A stretch of 64,000 nt of DNA from Candidatus Melainabacteria bacterium 17Bon1m. Its GTDB lineage: Bacteria > Cyanobacteriota > Vampirovibrionia > Obscuribacterales > Obscuribacteraceae. The stretch covers positions 1,056,001 to 1,120,000 of the forward strand of contig JAVLKG010000002.1 in assembly GCA_032128875.1 (NCBI GenBank). Reading direction: 5' to 3'. Numbering within the stretch: position 1 is the stretch's first letter; each line of letters opens with the position of its first letter. The notes beneath the pieces were generated by a model. The model had not been told where the DNA came from. It saw only the letters and a list, made by a program, of their open reading frames with translations, and searched no databases. The position numbers and the translations under genes were made by a program. Below, in pieces: positions 29,352-39,297 of this stretch.

Positions 29352-29865
29352 CGACGGTCTTTAGACGACCTTCATTCGTAAAGTACAGCTGGTGATTAAC
29401 AGGACCCTGGACATATGGCGAGCCAACAGGCGTGGCCATTGGCATTGAATGGTTCTGCTTGTACCAAGCAGCCAACCATTTCCAGACTTCCATGACCTTC
29501 TGATAGCTGACTTTGGCAAACTTGTTACCCGCCACCCATGCTGCGTCCGCAGCTTCTTCCAGGGACTTGGGAACGGTGATTGTTGTAGTGCGCCCCTGTG
29601 TCTGAACAATTGGAGTAGTCTGTCTGGGTTGGGGGCTCGGCGCCATGTTCGGGACCGTAATCGTAATCGGGCGCGGCATTCCCGGGATCACTGCGGCTAT
29701 CTGTCTATGGTTGTTATCGGACTGCTTGTCTACGTGCTTGGCAAGTGATTGTTGTCCGCTGAGGAGGGCAGCAGTCAGGCAGATACCGGCGAGGATATGC
29801 CGACGATTCTTAATGGATATAGACAGTTGCATCTTTTTTGAAATTGCCTTTGCGACCGAAAACAC
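29341..29865 (-). CDS. Hypothetical exported protein
   Basis: Signal-like segment (..QSLA-K); no recognisable domain. Start may be ATG 29832. Confidence 0.55.
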   Translation of the reverse strand: MFSVAKAISKKMQLSISIKNRRHILAGICLTAALLSGQQSLAKHVDKQSDNNHRQIAAVIPGMPRPITITVPNMAPSPQPRQTTPIVQTQGRTTTITVPKSLEEAADAAWVAGNKFAKVSYQKVMEVWKWLAAWYKQNHSMPMATPVGSPYVQGPVNHQLYFTNEGRLKTVVKH

Positions 29866-30103
29866 ACACCAGGGTGCCTTCCGGCGCCGATTATCCCATA
29901 AGAACGTCGTCGAAAGCCGCTCGGCTGGATTATATCTTGATAACCGATTGGTATCTTTGGCCGGATCTTGTCACTGCATCCCCAATTTGGGCGCTTGAAT
30001 CTGTCGTAAAGTGTGCTCAATACACTCTTTGGAGCTGCGAGCACTTATGGTAGGATAGGCATAATTCTGGCACAGTTAAGCCAGAGCCTGTGTACATTGG
30101 TTA

Positions 30104-30265
30104 ATGGACGAAACGCAAACTAACAAGTCCAGCTCAGACGACCCCCCTCAGTGGTGCTCGTCTTTTCGTGCGGCAAGTTATACAGCAGCTTTCATATATT
30201 CAAAACTCCGGCTCGTGCAAGGCATACAGCCGGTTTTCCATTTAAGAGCCTTTTGCGACCGATAA
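30104..30265 (+). CDS. Possible 53-aa leader ORF (MDETQTNKSSSDDPPQW...)
   Basis: ATG 30104 to TAA 30263-30265, ending 2 nt before the AAGGAG of the downstream gene. No clear RBS of its own. Confidence 0.3.
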   Translation: MDETQTNKSSSDDPPQWCSSFRAASYTAAFIYSKLRLVQGIQPVFHLRAFCDR

Positions 30266-30287
30266 ACAAGGAGTAAGCATCCAGCGT

Positions 30288-31691
30288 TTGGATGCGTGAT
30301 TTGCCATTCTTCAAATTCTGTGGATTCCAGTTCTAATCATCTTTAACGCCTTTTTCGTGGCGGCGGAGATGGCGCTCGCGCGTGTCAGAAGAACCCGTAT
30401 CGATCAGTTGGCCGAAGAGGGCAACCGCGCAGCTATTTTGACTCAACGCGCGATGGAAGATACGGACGGATTTATCTCTGCCTGCCAATTAGGAATCACA
30501 ATCGCAACCCTGTGTTTGGGTGCGGTGGGCGAATCGACGTTTGCTGAAGATCTGGCAAAGCTTGTGGAGAGTGTTTTCTCCGGAGTTATTTCGAGCGCAT
30601 CGATTCTCACAGCTGTCAAAGGATTTTGCTACATTCTTGCCTTCTGCGTAACGGCGTTTTTGCAGACAGCATTCGGTGAATTGCTGCCAAAACAGTGGAC
30701 ATTCCAGAGAGCCGAGCAAACCATTTTGCTTTTCATCTATCCGATGAATGTATGGTGCTGGATAACACGACCGTTCAACTATGTATTGAAAGGCTTCACT
30801 GAAATTGTGATGCGAGCATGCGGCGTCAAGGATGTGCTGGAGCATGAGCAAGTACACACTGAAGAAGAGCTGAAAATGCTCGTGTCCGAAAGCCATGAAG
30901 GTGGTGTGCTTGAGCCTGAAGAGGAAGAGATGCTGCACAGTGTCTTCGACTTCGCCGAAACCACAGCCGGCGAGATCATGACTCCTCGAACAGATCTTAT
31001 AGGTATTGCAGGCAGTGCCACGGTCAAGGCATTCGTTGATGTGGCTCTTAAACACGGTTTCTCCCGCCTGCCCGTATTCGAAGACAATCCGGACAACATA
31101 TTTGGATTGGTGCATATCCGCGACTGTTTGCGTGCGATTCTAGAGCACAAAGAATCAACGAGCGTGGGCGAACTAGCCAGAAAGGTTCTGGTTGTTCCTG
31201 AGAATAAGAGCCTTGGCGATTTGTTGCCGGAGTTTCAAAAGATGAAAACTCACATGGCAATTGTTGTCGACGAGTATGGTGCTACTCGCGGTATCGTCAC
31301 GTTGGAAGACTTGCTTGAGGAATTAGTCGGCGAAATCGCTGATGAATACGACATCGTCAAAGAGTATATTCAACCGCAAATCGATGGATCGATCATAATC
31401 GACGGTAAACTTGACCTTGAAGAAGCGAATGAAAAGCTCGGTTTGAACATCGAAGACGAAGAATTCAACACAATGGGCGGTCACGTTTTTGGCATGCTCG
31501 GTCACGCACCTGAATTGGGCGATGAGATCAAAACAGATGAATACATTCTGCGAGTGGAAGAGTCTGATCGCCGTCGCATCAACAAGCTGCGTCTGATCAT
31601 GTTGAAGTCGCCCGTGCCTGCACCAGAAAACGGCACGAGCACAACTAGTAAGAAGCGTAATACGAAGTCAGTGGAGGTTCCTCGCAATTAG
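30288..31691 (+). CDS. Hemolysin/CorC (CNNM: DUF21-CBS-CorC) family membrane protein; 5' end interrupted
   Basis: FNAFFVAAEMAL, CQLGITIATL, FGELLPK, IMTPRTD, FSRLPV, VVDEYG..TLEDLLEELVGEI. TM1 (FAILQILWIPVLII) is in frame upstream of GTG 30357, after an in-frame TGA at 30297. Confidence 0.88.
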
Positions 31692-31722
31692 CGCGACGGA
31701 GACACCTACAAAAGCCCAACTG

Positions 31723-32544
31723 ATGAAGGCAGCCCGCGTTTTTCATACGAAAAAACGTCTAGGTCAGAATTTCCTCGTTGACCCCGATGTTCTCTCCAGA
31801 ATCGCCGGCGCACTGGAATTAGATTCTACAGATTGTGTCGTAGAAATCGGTCCCGGTCTAGGTTTTCTGACCAGGTTTCTTTCACCTTATGGCTGCCGTA
31901 TCCTTGCAGTGGATCTCGATCGTGAGTGTGTCGAAGAACTCGAGAAAAGCAATTACGAAGGTGTTGAAATCTTTCATCAGGACTTCCTTCAGTTCGATTT
32001 GAATTCTATCGAGTGCGAGTCGCTGAAGGTCGCTGGCAACGTACCGTATCAAATCACTACCCCGATTGTAGCCAGACTATTCGGTGAAATCGGCTCGCCA
32101 GCACCGTGGCTGCCGAAAATCGAAAGCGTTGTTATGACTGTTCAGAAGGAAGTAGCAGAGCGCTTTGTTGCCAAACCCAACAACAAAGAATACAGTCAGA
32201 TTACGCTACTCATCAAATATTTCGCTGAGGCCGAGCTGCTGGAAGTAGTTCCCAAAGATTCATTCGTTCCTGAGCCAAATGTCAACTCCGCCGTTGTGCG
32301 CATGATACCGCACGAGCGGCCGCCCATCGACTGTGTCGATCACAAATTACTAAGGCAGATTATTCGCGCCGGTTTCAAACAGCGTCGAAAGATGTTGAGG
32401 AACAATCTCACGTTTCTCAATAAGACACCGGAAGAGTTAGGCAAACTCTTCGCATCCTTAAAGATTGATCCAATGGTACGTGCAGAGCGGCTTTCACTCG
32501 ATCAATTTGCTAAGATTGCCAACGCTGTGACAGCCCTCAGGTAG
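31723..32544 (+). CDS. rsmA: 16S rRNA m6,2A dimethyltransferase RsmA/KsgA
   Basis: KKRLGQNFL, EIGPGLG, GNVPYQITTP, QKEVAER, QRRKML. Confidence 0.97.
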   Translation: MKAARVFHTKKRLGQNFLVDPDVLSRIAGALELDSTDCVVEIGPGLGFLTRFLSPYGCRILAVDLDRECVEELEKSNYEGVEIFHQDFLQFDLNSIECESLKVAGNVPYQITTPIVARLFGEIGSPAPWLPKIESVVMTVQKEVAERFVAKPNNKEYSQITLLIKYFAEAELLEVVPKDSFVPEPNVNSAVVRMIPHERPPIDCVDHKLLRQIIRAGFKQRRKMLRNNLTFLNKTPEELGKLFASLKIDPMVRAERLSLDQFAKIANAVTALR

Positions 32545-32547
32545 AGC

Positions 32548-33546
32548 ATGCAGTTAGAGACAGAACTGAAAGCAGTCGTAAAATCGCCTGCCAAAGTAAA
32601 TTTGACTTTCGACGTCACGGGTGATTTGCCAGGTGGATATCATTCCATCGTTTCTATTTTTCATTCCATAACCCTCGAAGATGTTCTCAATTTGCAGATA
32701 GCACAGGGTGTCAGTGAAGAAGTCGAGATGGAGCTCACTGCCGAATTCCTTGGAGAGCCAGGTGCGTTTCCCCTTGACCAAAACAATTTAATTGCAAAGG
32801 CAGCTAAGGCATTCAACGTCGCTACGGGACTATTGAAAAACAGATTTCTTCGCATTGCAGTGAAGAAGCAAATTCCGATTGGCGCCGGCTTAGCAGGTGG
32901 CAGCTCTAACGCCGCTGCGATTCTTGTTGCATTGAATGATCTTTTCGATGAACCGTTGAAAGAAAAAGAACTGTTGGAAATTGCCACTAATCTTGGTGCA
33001 GATGTTCCCTTTCTGATAAAAGGCGGTACACAACTCGGAAAAGGCAAAGGAGAAATATTGACGCCGCTCGTAATGGACGAGCGCTTTGCGTTTGTGGTTG
33101 TAAAACCGCGTCAGCTAGCTATTTCCACGCCATCTGTTTTCGCTGCATATGACAAATGGGTAGCAGAAAAAACACCGGAGTGGAGACCTTCAATCGATCA
33201 TCAAAAGACGATTGATGCTTTGGCGAGCGGAAATCTGGAAACGGCGACTAAGTCTTTTGCAAATGTCTTTGAGCCGATCGTTTTTGACATGTATCAATCC
33301 TTGTCCTTAATAAAGCAGCGTTTGCTGGAGCTTGGCTGCTGGTCTGCACAGTTGAGTGGCAGTGGTCCTAGCATTTTTGCAGTGGTTGCGAATCTGGAAA
33401 TGGCTCATATGATTCGACGCAAGTTCAAAGAAGAGGAAACTCGTGGTGACAGCCTTTGGTTAAAACGAGAAGGCTGGGAAATTGATTGTTTTATCGCTGA
33501 ATCAAGTGGAAGTGGCGTTGAATTCTTGAAAGAGGGGCTTAACTAG
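32548..33546 (+). CDS. ispE: 4-diphosphocytidyl-2-C-methyl-D-erythritol kinase
   Basis: PAKVNL, KQIPIGAGLAGGSSNAA, LGADVPF, LSGSGPS. Confidence 0.96.
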   Translation: MQLETELKAVVKSPAKVNLTFDVTGDLPGGYHSIVSIFHSITLEDVLNLQIAQGVSEEVEMELTAEFLGEPGAFPLDQNNLIAKAAKAFNVATGLLKNRFLRIAVKKQIPIGAGLAGGSSNAAAILVALNDLFDEPLKEKELLEIATNLGADVPFLIKGGTQLGKGKGEILTPLVMDERFAFVVVKPRQLAISTPSVFAAYDKWVAEKTPEWRPSIDHQKTIDALASGNLETATKSFANVFEPIVFDMYQSLSLIKQRLLELGCWSAQLSGSGPSIFAVVANLEMAHMIRRKFKEEETRGDSLWLKREGWEIDCFIAESSGSGVEFLKEGLN

Positions 33547-33547
33547 G

Positions 33548-34414
33548 ATGGTGAAGAAATCATCGGAATCAGCGAAAAAGCCTTTGGCTAAGATAATAAA
33601 AGCGAGCGCAAAATCGAGTTCACGCAGTTCGAAATCTAGTTCCAAACCAAGTTCCAAACTGGGTTCTAAAGCGAACTCGAAGGTCAGCGCCAAGGCTAAG
33701 ACTGAAAAGACACTACTAAAGTCCAAAGCGAAAGCTGATTCAAATCCAAAGACAAAAGCAATTAGAAGCGAGAAGACGATAAAGCTGGTTTCAAAAGCGA
33801 CCGCTCATGAAATGATGGCGCGTTTGAGAAAGCTGTATCCCGACGCTGACTGCGAGTTGAATTTCGAATCTGCTTTCCAGCTTCTCACGGCTGTAATTAT
33901 GTCTGCACAAACGACTGATGTTCAGGTCAACAAAGTCACCGGCAAATTGTTTTCTAAATTTCCTACTGCAAAAGATCTTGCCGAAGGCGACATAGAAGAG
34001 ATTAAGGAGATAATCAAACCGACCGGCTATTACAACGCTAAAGCTCAGAGCATTCAGACTTGTGCGCAACAACTGGTGACGCGGTTTGGTGGTGTGGTTC
34101 CGCAAACCCTGGAAGAGTTGACCACGTTGCCCGGCGTTGGAAGAAAGACGGCAAACGTTGTCCTTGGGGTCGTGTTTGGTGAGCGTGGTTGGACTGTAGA
34201 CACTCATGTGCAGCGCATTACTAAACGCCTGGGTCTAACCAAGAATGATGACCCTTACAAGATTGAATTGGATTTACAAAAGCTATTTCCTGACGACGAT
34301 TGGTCTCTTCTGTCCATAACGATTATTTGGCATGGTCGCCGCATGTGTTTTGCACGAAAGCCTGACTGTCCCGCTTGTCCGCTCAATGAAATTTGTCCGA
34401 GCAGCGAAGTCTAA
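33548..34414 (+). CDS. nth: Endonuclease III with a basic N-terminal extension
   Basis: SAQTTD, LPGVGRKTANVV, VDTHV, C-terminal CFARKPDCPACPLNEIC Fe-S motif. Confidence 0.96.
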   Translation: MVKKSSESAKKPLAKIIKASAKSSSRSSKSSSKPSSKLGSKANSKVSAKAKTEKTLLKSKAKADSNPKTKAIRSEKTIKLVSKATAHEMMARLRKLYPDADCELNFESAFQLLTAVIMSAQTTDVQVNKVTGKLFSKFPTAKDLAEGDIEEIKEIIKPTGYYNAKAQSIQTCAQQLVTRFGGVVPQTLEELTTLPGVGRKTANVVLGVVFGERGWTVDTHVQRITKRLGLTKNDDPYKIELDLQKLFPDDDWSLLSITIIWHGRRMCFARKPDCPACPLNEICPSSEV

Positions 34415-34434
34415 TTGTGAGGTAGGCTGGAATC

Positions 34435-35688
34435 ATGAGTAATCAGACGCCTGGCGGCTCCCCGCTCCCCAAAAGAGAATTTCGTCCTGCCAAGCCAAGC
34501 CCATGGCTGATAAAGGCTGCACAAAAGTTTGTGCAGGCGGAATTGGCGCTGAAATACAAGCTTCATTTGGCTGACGAGGATCTTGAAATAGTTCGCAAGC
34601 TGCCGCCTGGCGCCGGTGTTATTTTGATTCCGAATCATGCTGATGAAACAGACCCGCGAATTTGCCTAGAACTTTCGCGCCGAACCGGTAAGCGTTTCAT
34701 TTCGATGTGCAATCGTGAAGCTTTCGATGAAATTTACGGTGCCGCAGGATGGGCATTGCAGCGGCTCGGGCATTTTTCGGTTGAAAGAGGGGCGCATGAC
34801 AGTTCTGCAAAAGAGTTTGCCATTGAAACCGTACAGAAGGGCGAAGAAGTCCTGGTTATTTTTCCTGAGGGAGAAATCTTCTATTTGAACGAAGTCGTTC
34901 AAGCGTTTCACAGTGGTGCAGTTGAAATCTGCATGCAGGCGATTGTTGATAAACGAAAGAGTGATCCGAACTTCACTGCATTTCTTGTCCCTATGGCGAT
35001 CAAGTATCACTACAATGAGCCGATTGAAAATCTCATTCTTACACGCATTGAGAAGATGGAAGCACGTCTTTCAATCAAGGAATATGCACCGACTCTTGCT
35101 GGACGGTTGCATCAAATTCAAAAGACATTGTTGGAGCGCGAGCAGGCGGCATACAAAATTCAGATTGAAACAACAGGGCAAGAAGATCTCTACCAGGAAA
35201 TTGTGGAAACTGAAAATGCCATCATCAGCCAGGTGGAAGAAAAACATAAAGCAATGCCAGTTTCCCAGTCTCACCTTATCGATCAGTCATGGCAATTGAG
35301 CGCAGAACTAAAAGAAGATCTTGCAGCGCAAACAGACGTTGCTGTGAAGAAAGAGTTAGAACAAGACATTGACGCTCTGCGCGAAGTTGCGCAGCTCTCA
35401 AGCTGGCGTCCGGAATACTACGGTGACGATACTTCGCTCGACCGGCTTGCTGAAGCCCTAATGAAGATGGAGAGAGAACTCTATAGAATTAAGCGTCCAG
35501 CACCACTTACGACACGCGATGTGTATATCAAACTTGCGGAACCCATCGACCTTTCAAATGTGCTTGCTGATTATCTCCAAGATGCGAAATCTGTGCGCCA
35601 TAAATTGACTAATGATCTTCATGAGCAAATTCAAGAATTGGTCAATCAGCTAGTGCAAAAGGCAAAAAGCTTTGGCAGGCGAAAATAA
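34435..35688 (+). CDS. PlsC-like phospholipid/glycerol acyltransferase
   Basis: NHADETD (HxxxxD), FSVERG, IFPEGE. Confidence 0.88.
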   Translation: MSNQTPGGSPLPKREFRPAKPSPWLIKAAQKFVQAELALKYKLHLADEDLEIVRKLPPGAGVILIPNHADETDPRICLELSRRTGKRFISMCNREAFDEIYGAAGWALQRLGHFSVERGAHDSSAKEFAIETVQKGEEVLVIFPEGEIFYLNEVVQAFHSGAVEICMQAIVDKRKSDPNFTAFLVPMAIKYHYNEPIENLILTRIEKMEARLSIKEYAPTLAGRLHQIQKTLLEREQAAYKIQIETTGQEDLYQEIVETENAIISQVEEKHKAMPVSQSHLIDQSWQLSAELKEDLAAQTDVAVKKELEQDIDALREVAQLSSWRPEYYGDDTSLDRLAEALMKMERELYRIKRPAPLTTRDVYIKLAEPIDLSNVLADYLQDAKSVRHKLTNDLHEQIQELVNQLVQKAKSFGRRK

Positions 35689-35712
35689 TCCGAAAGCGAT
35701 AGACTGCTTTAG

Positions 35713-36645
35713 ATGCGGAAATTTTTTCACTTAATTTTTAATCTCTGTCTGCTCATACTAGCAGCGCTGACTGTTGCTAGTTTCCTTGGAAAATACAACT
35801 TTATTTGTGAGTTGCTTAGTCATTTTCGCCCATACTTTTGTCTTTCAGCGTTGGCGGTGATGTTGTTGCTTTTCATTGCAAAGGAGAAGCGTTCAGCGTT
35901 CGTTGCTCTTTGCTTGTTACTCCTGAATGGCGTGCAAGTTCTTTCTCTCTACCTTCCATATTCGACCGTAAGCGCTTCAAGCGCTTCTCGAGTCAAATTT
36001 TTGCAGATGAATATTTGGGGTGGTAAGAATCGTAATTATGATGCCGTTGTCTCCGAGATCCGGAGTGAGAACGCAGACATCGTAGGTATTTCGGAAATTA
36101 CTCAAGGTTGGTGGGCGGTTCTTCAACCCAAATTGAGAGATTATCCTTATCAGGTTGTAGAGCAAAGTTATGGCGGCATCTGCCTCGTTAGTCGCCTCCC
36201 AATTAAAGATGGTCGGGTAGAGCATTTTGGCAAGCTAAAACGACCACGCATCGTTGCTAACGTTCTCATAAAAGATCGATGGGTGAAGGTTATCTTTGCC
36301 CATCCAGTTATACCGATGCGACACGTCGGCATGAGAGATGGCGAGTTGGCAGCAATTGCTGTCGATGCACGATCTTCATCCGCGCCGGTAATTCTCGCGG
36401 GAGACTTAAACTGCACTCCTTGGTCTTATTTTTTTTACAAGTTAGAGCGCGACGGCAAATTACGCGACACTGAAAAGGGCTTTGGCTATCAGCCTTCGTG
36501 GAGTATGTTTCAGCCATTGCCACTCTTTTGTATTGATCACTGCCTTGCCAGTGCTCAGTTTTCAACTGTAAAACGCTACAACGGACGTTTCGTGGGCTCC
36601 GATCACTTACCGGTTATCACCGAGCTGAGTTTGCAGTCCTTGTAG
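35713..36645 (+). CDS. Membrane-anchored endonuclease/exonuclease/phosphatase family protein
   Basis: Three N-terminal TMs; ADIVGISE, AGDLNCTPWS, IDH, GSDHLP. Confidence 0.9.
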   Translation: MRKFFHLIFNLCLLILAALTVASFLGKYNFICELLSHFRPYFCLSALAVMLLLFIAKEKRSAFVALCLLLLNGVQVLSLYLPYSTVSASSASRVKFLQMNIWGGKNRNYDAVVSEIRSENADIVGISEITQGWWAVLQPKLRDYPYQVVEQSYGGICLVSRLPIKDGRVEHFGKLKRPRIVANVLIKDRWVKVIFAHPVIPMRHVGMRDGELAAIAVDARSSSAPVILAGDLNCTPWSYFFYKLERDGKLRDTEKGFGYQPSWSMFQPLPLFCIDHCLASAQFSTVKRYNGRFVGSDHLPVITELSLQSL

Positions 36646-36766
36646 TTTTCTCTATTCAATCAGCGTGTTGCTCAGGTTTTCTGACCAATTAAAAAGACGA
36701 TTCCTTTGCCTTCTCGCGTGTCATCTTTTGGTACACTCGGTTAAATTAGGGTGAGTGGGCATTTGA

Positions 36767-37783
36767 GTGAGTCAGAAAAGCCTGATAGCTAGCCGTTATA
36801 CGTCGCTTGCATTAGCCGTATATATGCTTGGCGTATGCGCGCCGACTTTCGCGCAGACAAGCCAAGAATCATCTGTCATAGAAGGCAAACGGTTTAAACA
36901 ATATGAAACCGTCGAATCACCTAACAGCGAAAATTTGCCTCCTGTTCTATTGCAGGTAGCTAGATTCACCGGCGCTCTTCCAATTATGAAAGAGATTGAA
37001 GTGCTGCAGTCTGATTTGAAGCAAAACAGTCCTGCAGCGTTTGACCCGCTGGCGACTCTAGCGAAGCGGCAGAAGTTGGTTTATTTAAGAGAAAAGCTGA
37101 ATAACGTACTTGAAACTTCCAACTTGGAAGTGAATGCTGCCCGCGGTCAAATTGAAGGTCTCATGTCTGAAGTGCAGACGCAGCAAGCGAAGATGGTTGA
37201 AAAACGAGCGAGGACGCTGCGTCGCAACACAATAATCAACTTTGTCTCTGGTGGTATTACAAAATTAGTTGGCTACTCGATTGCATTGGGGGGCAACGAC
37301 ACTACTTCGAACATTTTGGAGATTTTTGATGGCGGTGTTCAGTGTGGTTTGTCTGGCACTGTCATCAAAGATCTACACTCTGAGAGTCGTGTGGTCGGCA
37401 GGATGCCTGTGATGCTCACGCAGCTAGAGCGTGCAGACGATCCTGACGGCGTTTATCCACGTCAGGTTTGGAATTATTTGAGCGAATCGTCATCCGGTGA
37501 CGTTGGTATGCCACGGCGCCAAGAGCTTACAAAAAATTGGGAGAGCAGAGGCTTTTACGAGCATCACACAAAGTTCAAAAACCTCAAAGAGAATTCCAAT
37601 TTGCAAGGCAATCTTGCGTTAGCTAGAATCACTCCCCAATTGTTGGACGACCGGCAAGCAATGTTGTCTGAATTGCGATCGGCTGTTTCAGAAATGCACG
37701 AGAGCTTGATGGAGTTGAGCCTGAGAATCAAGCAATCGTACAAAGATGATCCATCTTTCGACTGGCCGATTGCCGCTCAATAG
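36767..37783 (+). CDS. Exported helical protein of unknown function (paralog of 57255-58313)
   Basis: Signal peptide (..TFA-Q); shares LEV..I, YP..VWN.L and IT..LL..RQ.ML blocks with 57255-58313. Confidence 0.7.
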   Translation: MSQKSLIASRYTSLALAVYMLGVCAPTFAQTSQESSVIEGKRFKQYETVESPNSENLPPVLLQVARFTGALPIMKEIEVLQSDLKQNSPAAFDPLATLAKRQKLVYLREKLNNVLETSNLEVNAARGQIEGLMSEVQTQQAKMVEKRARTLRRNTIINFVSGGITKLVGYSIALGGNDTTSNILEIFDGGVQCGLSGTVIKDLHSESRVVGRMPVMLTQLERADDPDGVYPRQVWNYLSESSSGDVGMPRRQELTKNWESRGFYEHHTKFKNLKENSNLQGNLALARITPQLLDDRQAMLSELRSAVSEMHESLMELSLRIKQSYKDDPSFDWPIAAQ

Positions 37784-37806
37784 GCAATTTGATGCCTAAA
37801 CTGTGC

Positions 37807-39297
37807 TCAATAAGTGCAAGTTAGAGCCTGCATTTTTGCAGATGCTTGGAGGTATTCAACTTGAGCATCGACAAGTTTTATCTTGGCGTCAAACAATTGA
37901 CGTTCGCGCTGAGTTACAAGAAATACTGTACTGTCGCCGAAGTTGAAACGCTTTTTCTCACCCACATAAACAGCTTCCGACTTTTCTACTTGCTTGGTGA
38001 CTGCAAGAAATTTTTGATGCGACGCATTGAGAGTTGCCGCTGCGCTCATCACCTCTGCCACCAGGCGCTGTCTTTCTGAAATTTCTTCAGCGTTTAACGC
38101 ATCAATATTGAAGTGTGCGGACTTTATTCTTCCTCTCGCATTGCGCAAGTAAAGGGGAGAGCTGAAGGTGACCTGGGTGCGAAATACGTTGCCAACTCCT
38201 GAAATACCGCCGTCATATCCATAGGTAGCGAGTGCGTCGGCTTGAGGCAGGAGATCATTTCTGGCAAGCTTCAATTGCAGTTTGGCCTGCTCTTTTTCCA
38301 ATGCAATTCGCTTTAACTCTGGACGGCGGTCAACTGCCTTCCGCACGCTTTCATCAATCTCAGCAGCGGTGAACTCTTGAGGCGTAGGCCACAATTGAGG
38401 AACATTCATTTCATCAAGGAATGGAGCCGGTCTTCCACTGCTATCAAATAGATAGACGGCTAATTCGTAAGTCGCTTTTTTGAACTCAAGCTCTGCAGCA
38501 ATTTTGTCGGCGGTCCGTCGCTGGAAATCTTCCTCTGCTTCCGTGACTTGAATTTTCGGCAAGTCCCCGGCGCTTGAACGCTTGTCTGCTGCCGAGACGA
38601 GAAATTCGGATAGTTGTACAAGACGTCGTGCGACCTGCATTTTTCTCTGAGCCCCGACCCAATTCCAGTACGCAATGTTGGCGCGCAACAGAATGTCGAG
38701 ACGATTGAGCGAAAAAGCTTGAGTTGCAACTGGCTCGCCAATTTTGGCCAATTTTTCGTTTGTCTCACGCTCATTGATTATAAAGCCGCGCAAAAGCGGA
38801 ACAGCAACACCACCTCCAAACTCGCCTATAAAGCCTGTTTCAATGTAAGGTGATTGCGATGTTCTTGGATTGAAACGATAGGTGCCAAGTAAACTTATCC
38901 CAGAGCGAGTGGGAATTTCGATTGCTGGCTGGTTATAGATTACTCTCTTGAGAGTGTCGAATTTCGATGTGTTTTGCATCCACGCATAACCGTTGAGCGT
39001 TCGGATTACGGGATCGAATACTCCTTGCACTTCCATGCGCCGCGCAGAAGCAACTCGTCGGCGCGAGTCCGCCGCGTCTATGCGCGGATAATTGTTGTCG
39101 ACAGCTGAAAGAAAAATCGATGGCGTGAGGATCGTACCGCCTTGTGTGATCGTTATTGAATAGTCCGCTTTCGTTCTGGCACGTGGGGCAAAACCAAGCG
39201 GTTCATAAATGCCGTCCGCGCATTGAGCAGGCATGACTGAGCAGGTCAGGGACCAGACGAGAAGCAAAGCAAGAACAACGCGAAGGGGTTTCATCAA
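37807..39297 (-). CDS. TolC-family outer-membrane efflux protein
   Basis: GVFDP, VPLLRG, AYWNW, RRPEL, NDLLPQ, FNFGDSTVFLVTQRE. Confidence 0.9.
   Translation of the reverse strand: MMKPLRVVLALLLVWSLTCSVMPAQCADGIYEPLGFAPRARTKADYSITITQGGTILTPSIFLSAVDNNYPRIDAADSRRRVASARRMEVQGVFDPVIRTLNGYAWMQNTSKFDTLKRVIYNQPAIEIPTRSGISLLGTYRFNPRTSQSPYIETGFIGEFGGGVAVPLLRGFIINERETNEKLAKIGEPVATQAFSLNRLDILLRANIAYWNWVGAQRKMQVARRLVQLSEFLVSAADKRSSAGDLPKIQVTEAEEDFQRRTADKIAAELEFKKATYELAVYLFDSSGRPAPFLDEMNVPQLWPTPQEFTAAEIDESVRKAVDRRPELKRIALEKEQAKLQLKLARNDLLPQADALATYGYDGGISGVGNVFRTQVTFSSPLYLRNARGRIKSAHFNIDALNAEEISERQRLVAEVMSAAATLNASHQKFLAVTKQVEKSEAVYVGEKKRFNFGDSTVFLVTQRERQLFDAKIKLVDAQVEYLQASAKMQALTCTY

Noticed and set aside
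30297-30299. Genome-wide TGA reassignment or selenocysteine
   Set aside because: TGA ends many intact genes in this window (for example dprA and the 633-aa kinase), and this position is not a catalytic Cys site.
30230-30300. yybP-ykoY (Mn2+) or M-box riboswitch
   Set aside because: AAGGAGTAAGC only loosely resembles the yybP-ykoY motif and I cannot see the rest of the fold; an Rfam search would be needed.
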